This document shows, one piece after another, positions 30,401-37,108 of a stretch of 64,000 bases of DNA. Origin of the DNA: an uncultured Thermoplasmata archaeon (GTDB taxonomy: Archaea; Thermoplasmatota; Thermoplasmata; Lutacidiplasmatales; UBA184); the NCBI GenBank assembly GCA_963749195.1, contig CAVVLX010000006.1, positions 862,722-926,721 on the forward strand, in the 5' to 3' direction. Each line of letters starts with the position of its first letter. Within the stretch, counting starts at the first letter, position 1. The notes under the pieces were generated by a model. That model did not search any database, was not told where the DNA came from, and saw only the letters and a list, made by a program, of their open reading frames with translations. A program made the position numbers and the translations under genes.

Positions 30401-30795
30401 AACCAAGGATGTTGGTTCGAGGTGTGGTTGAGGACGAGCTCGGTGATCACCCGGATTCCATGATCGTGGGCGCGTCGTAGAAACCCGCGAAAGTCGCGGA
30501 GGGTTCCGAAACTCGGCTGGACATTGCAGTAGTCGGAGATATCGTAGCCGTCATCGCGCATCGGCGACGGGTAGAAGGGGAGCAGCCAGATCGCGGTCAC
30601 TCCGAGGTCGCGCAGGTAATCGAGCTTCCCGGTGAGCCCGACAAAATCCCCCTGTCCATCGCCGGAACTGTCGGCGTAGGCGCGGACGTGGAGCTCGTAC
30701 ACGAGCGCGTCCTTGTACCACGTCGCCTCATCTTCGCCGGCCACGAATTGGTCGGAGGCGGAGTCGTCGTCGGCGGAGGAACTCTTCACTTTCAT
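27397..30795 (-). CDS. treS: Trehalose synthase fused to maltokinase (TreS-Pep2/Mak)
   Basis: N-terminal GH13 TreS: [85 protein letters not shown]. C-terminal ~450 aa is kinase-like ([27 protein letters not shown]). 1132 aa. Confidence 0.92.
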   Translation of the reverse strand: [1132 protein letters not shown]

Positions 30796-32831
30796 GGAGC
30801 GGCTCTCTGCGGCTCGAACGCGAGAATGTGGGCCGGGATCTCTTGGGGGCGCAGCTCCACGAAATTACGGCGCCCTTGCCACAGCCATCGACCGCCGGTC
30901 AGGAGGTCGTGAACCTCGAACGGTTGGTCGGAACCCAGCCCGATGGAACCCAAGTCGAGATCGGTCCACCCCGCTTGGACGTGCGTCGGGTCGAGGTTCA
31001 CAAAGATTAGCAACCGGTCCCTCCCATCGGCGGTCGATCGGGAGTAGCCGAGGATCCGGTCGTTATCGACCGATTGGAAGTGAAGAGTTCCGGCCTCGCG
31101 GAGGGCTCGATGGTCGTGACGGAGTTGATTCACTCGAGTGACGACGTTGGCGATTGAGCGGGGTGCGTCTCGGTCCCAGACGCGCAGCTGATACTTTTCG
31201 GAATCGAGGTACTCCTCCGAACCCGGGTGTAGCGGTCGAGACTCGGTGAGCTCGAATGCCGGCCCATAGATGCCGTAGTTGGGAGAGAGCGTCGCGGCCA
31301 GTACGAGTCGGGCCACGAACGCGGGTCGACCTCCTTGTTGCAGATACTCGGTAAGGATATCGGGGGTGTTCGGCCAAAGATGCGGGCGAAAGTACTCTCG
31401 CACGACTGGACTGTTGATCTCCTCAACGTAATCCTGGAGCTCCGTCTTGGAATTCCTCCAGGCAAAGTAAGTGTATGAGTGCGTAAAACCGACTTTCGCT
31501 AAGTTGTACATGACCTTCGGACGCGTGAACGCTTCCGCGAGGAACATGACTTCAGGATGCTTCGAGCGGACCGTCGCGATCAGCCACTCCCAAAATGGGA
31601 ATGGCTTGGTGTGGGGATTGTCCACGCGAAAGCGTCGAACTCCCTGATCGATCCAGAAATCAACGACCTCGCGAAGCGCCTCCCACAATTCGGGCCACGC
31701 GGCAGACTCGAAATCAAATGGGTAGATGTCGTCGTACTTCTTTGGGGGATTCTCCGCCGGGCGAATGGAGCCATCCGCCCGGTGGCGGAACCAGTTGGGG
31801 TGCTCCGATACCCAAGGATGATCGGGCGAACATTGAAAGGCGAGGTCGAGAGCGACATCCAGCCCCTGAGCCCGGGCCGACGCCAACAGGTGTTGGAACT
31901 CTTCCAGGGTGCCTAAGTCGGGGTGAATGGCAGTGTGTCCACCGACGGCCGAGCCAATCGCCCACGGGCTGCCGGGATCCGAATCGGTCGCGATGGGGTC
32001 GTTGTTCGGCCCGCGACGATGCTCGATGCCGATGGGGTGGATCGGGGAGAGATAGACCACGTCGAACCCAAGGCCCGCGATGTACGGGAGCCATTGTTCG
32101 ACGTCGGCGAATGTTCCGGATCGGCCCCGAACATTGGCGGTGGAGCGCGGAAACAACTCGTACCAAGCGCTACATCCCGCATCCGCAGGGTCGACCGTCA
32201 CTCGAAGGTTATGCCGCTCGATCGTGACCCGGGCAGGCTCGGGTTCTACGGAGAGTTCCTCGGGGGATAGCGCAAGCGCCCGCGCCACGGCCGCTGCGGC
32301 GTCGCTTTCGACAAGGTGCTCCAGCTCGGTGGCGGCCTGGCGGATCCGCCGAGCCATCGATCCCCGGGCACTTTCCAGCAGGGTCCGAAGAATCGCAACT
32401 CCCTCGGACAGATCGGCCGGTTGCCAGGACCGGTTGACGGTTCGCTTTCTCAGCTCCTCGCGCCAAGTACTTAGGGGATCCACCCAAGCACGGACGCCGT
32501 ACTCGAAGGTGCCCATCTCCGGCAGCGGGAAGCTTGCCTGCCAGCGATCGTTGTTCAGCGGTCGCATCCGCACCCTCGACCAGAAGCGCGTTCCGAGGCG
32601 GCGGTACTCGAGGAAGGCGGTGATCGCGTCCGTGCCGTCGACGAAAATGTCCGCCTCTACTCTTACCGAATCCCCGGCCAGTCGACGAATGGGGTATCGT
32701 CCTCCGTCGACCGCTGGAGTCACGTTCTCAATCGCGACTCGCCTTCGGCCATCGGGTAGTTTCGTCAGATCCTCGCTCCGATCTCCACAGGCTTCGGCGG
32801 GACAAGCTCTGACGGAGATGCGACCGTTCAA
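30792..32831 (-). CDS. glgE: Alpha-1,4-glucan:maltose-1-phosphate maltosyltransferase (GlgE)
   Basis: GlgE-specific N-terminus IENVTPAVDGGRYPIRRLAGDSVRVEADIFVDGTDAITAFLEYRR...NNDRWQASFPLPEMGTFEYGVRAWVD. Catalytic region FRVDNPHTKPF, LAEAFTRP. Confidence 0.92.
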   Translation of the reverse strand: MNGRISVRACPAEACGDRSEDLTKLPDGRRRVAIENVTPAVDGGRYPIRRLAGDSVRVEADIFVDGTDAITAFLEYRRLGTRFWSRVRMRPLNNDRWQASFPLPEMGTFEYGVRAWVDPLSTWREELRKRTVNRSWQPADLSEGVAILRTLLESARGSMARRIRQAATELEHLVESDAAAAVARALALSPEELSVEPEPARVTIERHNLRVTVDPADAGCSAWYELFPRSTANVRGRSGTFADVEQWLPYIAGLGFDVVYLSPIHPIGIEHRRGPNNDPIATDSDPGSPWAIGSAVGGHTAIHPDLGTLEEFQHLLASARAQGLDVALDLAFQCSPDHPWVSEHPNWFRHRADGSIRPAENPPKKYDDIYPFDFESAAWPELWEALREVVDFWIDQGVRRFRVDNPHTKPFPFWEWLIATVRSKHPEVMFLAEAFTRPKVMYNLAKVGFTHSYTYFAWRNSKTELQDYVEEINSPVVREYFRPHLWPNTPDILTEYLQQGGRPAFVARLVLAATLSPNYGIYGPAFELTESRPLHPGSEEYLDSEKYQLRVWDRDAPRSIANVVTRVNQLRHDHRALREAGTLHFQSVDNDRILGYSRSTADGRDRLLIFVNLDPTHVQAGWTDLDLGSIGLGSDQPFEVHDLLTGGRWLWQGRRNFVELRPQEIPAHILAFEPQRAAP

Positions 32832-32949
32832 CGCACGGCCCTTGAAACTTGTTTCGGGTCGACAAGAAACCCAGCCTTTTCACACAAGCGCCAGGTCACA
32901 TTGTTTGCATGAGCGATCTCGGGTGAGCACCGAGCCCATTCAGCAGTCG

Positions 32950-33732
32950 CTACAATCCTGGGGCTCTCGGGTTTTCCATGGACCTGGTTTGAGGAGGGCG
33001 GGGAAACAACAGCCTTCCCCACTGGAATCGCGGGCGGTTGAGCCGCTCCAAGAGCGGTGGGAGTTCGGCGAGCGTGCGAATCGTAGGAACCTCCGCAACG
33101 CGCGCTTGATCGTCGCGGTTAACCCAGACCGGTTGCAAACCGCTCCGCCGCGCGCCCTCTACGTCCGCCGAGAGGGAATTCCCTACATGCATCGCCTCGC
33201 CTGGGGCGCAACCGGCCCGTTCTAGCGCGCGAGTGAAAACTTCCCGAGCGGGTTTCTCGGCCCCCACCTCTTGTGAATAGGTGACACTCCCGAAGAAACG
33301 GTCGATCCGATGGACCTTTAGCTCCGACAATAACCTGTCATTGTGATTCGATATTACTCCCAATCGATAACCCTGAGCGGTCAGCTTAGTGAGAACGGTC
33401 CTAGTTTCCGGATATAGCCGGACGTTGGATGGGTCGTCGAATACCTGCTGCACTGCGGCTCTGATTTCGTCTCTCCGCCTTCGTATTCGCAAGTGGTCCA
33501 TAACGCAATCATCGTACAGGCGCCAATACTCATCCATCCGTCCCACAAAGGAATAGATTAGGCTGCCCAGTTCCTGATCGACTTGCGAGAGCGCCTCCTC
33601 GAATCGAACTTCGACTATCGGTAATCCAAGCCTCTCAAAGGTCGCCGTCCACACTACCGCGGGACGACTCACGGACGGGGGCGTCCATGCCAATGTCCCT
33701 CCGAAATCGAAGAAGACTGCTCGAAGACTCAT
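32950..33732 (-). CDS. HAD-superfamily hydrolase (COG1011-like)
   Basis: ORF 32950-33903. HAD motif I at the N-terminus (MSLRAVFFDFGGTLAW), VISNHN (motif II), GAEKP and VGNSLSADVEGARRSG (motifs III/IV). ATG 33732 is chosen because HAD proteins start just before motif I. Confidence 0.75.
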   Translation of the reverse strand: MSLRAVFFDFGGTLAWTPPSVSRPAVVWTATFERLGLPIVEVRFEEALSQVDQELGSLIYSFVGRMDEYWRLYDDCVMDHLRIRRRRDEIRAAVQQVFDDPSNVRLYPETRTVLTKLTAQGYRLGVISNHNDRLLSELKVHRIDRFFGSVTYSQEVGAEKPAREVFTRALERAGCAPGEAMHVGNSLSADVEGARRSGLQPVWVNRDDQARVAEVPTIRTLAELPPLLERLNRPRFQWGRLLFPRPPQTRSMENPRAPGL

Positions 33733-33975
33733 TGACTCGGTGGGAGGCGGGTTGCCGTTTGCCCAAATAGCTTTTTGAACGCAGGTACCGACTTGCCCTG
33801 CGATTTGGAAGCTACTTCGGGAAAGCCCAGCCGAGGGAGGGGATCTTCGAAAAGTTCGGTACCTAATCCGGTCCATACCCTTGTCAAGGGGCCGTAGCGC
33901 CATTGGGCGGAAGGAGACATCTCATCACAACCCCCTGCTTAGCGAACGGTGCGCGCAGTCCTCCACGATGACTAT

Positions 33976-34008
33976 CGATAAAAAGGAGCCCGTTTCGAAC
34001 TTTTATCG
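33976..34008. promoter_or_regulatory. AT-rich 8-bp inverted repeat (CGATAAAA ... TTTTATCG) in the divergent HAD/cyclase intergenic region
   Basis: CGATAAAA (33976-33983) and TTTTATCG (34001-34008), separated by 17 nt. These are the only AT-rich elements in the 33.9-34.06 kb gap. They could be two opposed TATA-like boxes or an operator. Confidence 0.35.
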
Positions 34009-34059
34009 CGGGCAATTCCAACAGGAGGGACCTTAATCTAACCGAGCGGTTTTCGAGCC

Positions 34060-36009
34060 GTGGCTTCGGTCCGACGGCTCGCTGCCATCATGTTCACCGA
34101 CATGGTCGGTTACACCGCCGCGACTCAGATCGATGAAACCAGCACCCTGAAGTTACTCCAGGAAGAGGAGGAACTCGTTCGTCCCCTCTTTGTAGTCCAT
34201 CACGGACGCGAGATCAAGTCGACGGGCGACGGGTTCCTGGTCGAGTTCGACAGTGCCCTCCGAGCAGTCCAGTGTGCGATTGACATCCATCAACACCTCC
34301 AAGAGCGCAACGCGCAGAGAGGGGTCAACCCGATCAAGCTCCGGATCGGTGTCCACCTCGGGGATGTTGAGGAGCGGGGGAGCGATGTTTTCGGCGACGC
34401 GGTGAACATCGCCTCCCGTATCCAGCCTCTTGCTTCTCCGGGAGGAGTCTGCATCTCGGGAGAGGTATTCAATCAGATCCGAAACAAGCTCCCGAACCGG
34501 TTCGACAAGCTCGAGCCGATGGCCCTGAAGGGCATCCGCTTGCCCATGGATGTTTACCGAGTCGCGTTACCTTGGGAGGCCGCCGAGCCACAGTCGGGGA
34601 GCGCCGTTCGGCCTCGCCTCGCGGTCCTTCCCCTCGCCAACATCAGTCCCGACCCGAAGGACGAATACTTCGCAGATGGCCTCACGGAGGAACTGATTGG
34701 CGCACTCTCCAAGATCCGAGAGCTCAGAGTTATCGCCCGCACATCGGTGGGCCAGTACAAGTCCACCTCGAAGACCGTCGCTCAGATTGGCGCCGAGCTC
34801 GACGTCACTTCCGTCCTGGAAGGGAGCGTGCGGAAGGCAGGCAATCGGTTGCGGATCACTCTGCAACTGATCGACGCAGGTACTCAAGAACACATCTGGG
34901 CCAACAACTACGACCGCGAACTCGACGATGTGTTCGCGATTCAGACCGAGATTGCGGAGAGGACCGCGGGAGCTCTCCGGCTCGAACTGCTCGGTCCCGA
35001 GCGAGAATCAATCCAGAAGAAGCCCACGTCCAACATCGCCGCCTACAACTTCTACTTGAAAGGAATCCATTCCGCTCGCCAAGCGACGATCGGAGGACCC
35101 ACTGAATCACTCAAGTTCTTTGAGGCGGCGATACGAGAAGATCCAGGCTTTTCCCTCGCCTACTCCCACCTTGCGAACACCTATCTTGCTCTCGGTGGGA
35201 GCACGCTCGCGCCTCGCGACGCTTTCCCCCGGGCCGCGGAGTTGGTCGCCAAAGCGCTTGAGCTCGACCCAAATTCGTCCGACGCGCACACCGCTCGCGG
35301 CAACCTCGCCCTCCAGTACGATCGGGACTGGGGAATCTCCGAGACCGAGTTCAAGCAGGCGATCTCGCGGAACCCGAGCAACGCCAACGCTCACTTCTGG
35401 TACGCGATGCTACTGGTGGTGGTCAAGAGGTTCGACGAAGCCGCAGAGGAACTCGGCACGGCGATCGAGCTCGACCCCCTATGGGAATGGCCGAGATTCT
35501 GGCTGATGCTGACTTATCTCTTCCGCGGAGATTTCGCGGCGGCGATCGCATCGGCTGAAGAGACGCGGGATAGGCACTCCGACGACCTCTGGCCGCACAC
35601 CTTCCTCGGCATTATTTACGCCCGCGAGGGCCGGACGGAAGAGGCGTGGAAAGAAGTGGAGCTCTCGACTGGCTCCCAGCCGTGGTTGGGTCGATTGCTT
35701 AGGGCTGTCCTCTTGGCCTCGCTCGGAAAACCGGAGGAAGCCCGACGATTGTTGGGCGAGTTGGAGGAAGCCTCCAAGACTCGCTACGTCAGCCTGCCGG
35801 AGATTGCCCAGCTTTACGCCGTGCTCGGAGAAAAAGAGAGGGCGCTGGAATGGTTGGAGCGAGATTACCAATCTGGAGACCGAACTCTTTGGTTCAGCTA
35901 TCAAAGCCCGGCCTTCGACTCCCTCCGAAAAGATCCAAGGTTCCGGTCGATGCTCCGACGGATGAACCTTCCGACAGACCGGGAGGGAGCGATGAGGAAC
36001 GTGGAGTGA
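34060..36009 (+). CDS. Class III adenylate/guanylate cyclase domain protein with TolB-N-like module and C-terminal TPR repeats
   Basis: Cyclase core AAIMFTDMVGYT...IKSTGDGFLVEF...LRIGVHLGDV...GDAVNIASRIQ, with metal Asp, substrate Lys and transition-state Asn/Arg all present. Then RLAVLPLANISPDPKDEYFADGLTEELIGALSKIRELRVIARTS. Then TPR-like helices through the C-terminus. GTG start. Confidence 0.85.
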   Translation: MASVRRLAAIMFTDMVGYTAATQIDETSTLKLLQEEEELVRPLFVVHHGREIKSTGDGFLVEFDSALRAVQCAIDIHQHLQERNAQRGVNPIKLRIGVHLGDVEERGSDVFGDAVNIASRIQPLASPGGVCISGEVFNQIRNKLPNRFDKLEPMALKGIRLPMDVYRVALPWEAAEPQSGSAVRPRLAVLPLANISPDPKDEYFADGLTEELIGALSKIRELRVIARTSVGQYKSTSKTVAQIGAELDVTSVLEGSVRKAGNRLRITLQLIDAGTQEHIWANNYDRELDDVFAIQTEIAERTAGALRLELLGPERESIQKKPTSNIAAYNFYLKGIHSARQATIGGPTESLKFFEAAIREDPGFSLAYSHLANTYLALGGSTLAPRDAFPRAAELVAKALELDPNSSDAHTARGNLALQYDRDWGISETEFKQAISRNPSNANAHFWYAMLLVVVKRFDEAAEELGTAIELDPLWEWPRFWLMLTYLFRGDFAAAIASAEETRDRHSDDLWPHTFLGIIYAREGRTEEAWKEVELSTGSQPWLGRLLRAVLLASLGKPEEARRLLGELEEASKTRYVSLPEIAQLYAVLGEKERALEWLERDYQSGDRTLWFSYQSPAFDSLRKDPRFRSMLRRMNLPTDREGAMRNVE

Positions 36010-36304
36010 GGCGTTGATCGTGCGAACGGGTCGCGCAGCCGGTTCACCGGGATCTTCATCTGACCAACGCGTCACCGACCGTTCTGTAGACTCGATTTAC
36101 GAGGGTCGAACGCCCTTGATGTCGACGGGACTTCCCGGCACCGGGATACGTTGAGAAACCACCCCTTTCACGACGCGGTGCTCAATCCTTTACCGATCAA
36201 CGGCACGTAAGCGCGGCTGGGTCGAGCGCGAAGCCTGCGCTCGGTCCGCGGCCAGACATCGAACTGTTCGTCGATGTTGCAACGACATCCCGCATAGAAA
36301 CGTC

Positions 36305-36377
36305 AGCCGAGGGAGGGAATCGAACCCCCAGGAAACGGATCTGCAGTCCGTCGCATTAACCATTCTGCCACCTCGGC
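36305..36377 (-). tRNA. tRNA-Cys (anticodon GCA)
   Basis: Manual fold of the reverse complement: acceptor GCCGAGG/CCTCGGC, 3-bp D stem GCA/TGC, anticodon arm ACGGA-CTGCAGA-TCCGT (GCA), variable TTCCT, T arm GGGGG-TTCGATT-CCCTC, discriminator U73 (the Cys identity base). No encoded CCA. 73 nt. Confidence 0.9.
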
Positions 36378-36401
36378 GCGGTCGGTGGGGAGGTCGACCT
36401 A

Positions 36402-36409
36402 CCTTAAAG
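36402..36409 (-). promoter_or_regulatory. TATA-box-like element upstream of tRNA-Cys
   Basis: CTTTAAGG on the minus strand, ending 25 nt upstream of the tRNA 5' end (36377). It is the only AT-rich element between the PHP gene stop and the tRNA. Confidence 0.45.
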
Positions 36410-36427
36410 CCGTCGAGGCGAGCGGAG

Positions 36428-37108
36428 TTAGATTGGGCGAAGACCGCGTCCGAGGCGTCGCAGCGTGGTTCGGACGAAAAGCCGGGCCCGAGCGAATCCC
36501 GCCAACGAATCTCCAACTCCGCTTACCTTGCCTTGGCGGATGGCCTCCACGAGGTCCTCGAGCGACGCGATCGCCGGAGGGAACTCGGTATACGCCCGTC
36601 CAAGGTCCCTCAAATCGTGGGCGTCACTCCCCCCCGTCGTCCCCAGTGCTCGACGCGTCGCGATGACCTCGGCGTGCGCGTTCGCGAGGGCGGAATTGTG
36701 CCCATTCACGGCCTCGATCGCCGTCACCGCGGCAGTCTCCGCCAGCCGCGGGCCCACTCCATGAGCCAAACGCATCGGGTGGGCTAAGATCGAGATGCCG
36801 CCATGAGTTCGGACCCAATCGAGGGTTTCATCCAGGGGATGATAGATCGGCGGAAGCTCGGACACTCCGTAAACGAGGAGGTGACCCTCGACGGTGGAGA
36901 CCTCGATTCCCGGAAGGAACCAGAGCTTGGGATATTGTCGATTCAGGTCGCGGAGGGCGGCATGGCTGACGATCGTATTGTGATCCGTCAGCCCGAACCC
37001 CTGTAGGCCCAGCACGCCGAGCTGATCGGCGATCGCGGGGAGAGACATCACCGAATCCGGAGACGACCGACTGTGAACGTGAAGGTCCAGCCGAAGTTGT
37101 CCGTTCAT
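36428..37108 (-). CDS. PHP-domain metal-dependent phosphoesterase
   Basis: ORF 36428-37237. LDLHVHSRSSPDS, GLTDHNT, GIEVSTVEGHLLVYG, LAHP, GGSDAH. ATG 37108 overlaps the metG stop (ATGA). Confidence 0.85.
   Translation of the reverse strand: MNGQLRLDLHVHSRSSPDSVMSLPAIADQLGVLGLQGFGLTDHNTIVSHAALRDLNRQYPKLWFLPGIEVSTVEGHLLVYGVSELPPIYHPLDETLDWVRTHGGISILAHPMRLAHGVGPRLAETAAVTAIEAVNGHNSALANAHAEVIATRRALGTTGGSDAHDLRDLGRAYTEFPPAIASLEDLVEAIRQGKVSGVGDSLAGFARARLFVRTTLRRLGRGLRPI

Noticed and set aside
16360-32831. Actinobacteria-like glucan operon as evidence that the contig is bacterial or a chimeric assembly
   Set aside because: The operon shares the GC richness, codon style and 4-nt overlap architecture of its flanks. 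It is embedded between genes on both sides that continue into unmistakably archaeal markers. Chimerism can only be excluded by read mapping.
32080-33225. 381-aa plus-strand ORF spanning the glgE 5' region and the HAD 3' region
   Set aside because: It crosses two well-supported minus-strand genes and the gap between them. Ser/Arg-rich, with no motifs.
33904-36304. Genomic island integrated at tRNA-Cys with att repeats
   Set aside because: I searched 33900-34060 for a copy of the tRNA 3' half (AGCCGAGGGAGGGAATCGAACCCCC) and found only trivial similarity. There is no integrase. It is kept only as a low-interest compositional observation.
36190-36516. 108-aa minus-strand ORF covering the tRNA-Cys locus
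   Set aside because: The region folds into a canonical 73-nt tRNA-Cys, so the ORF is incidental.
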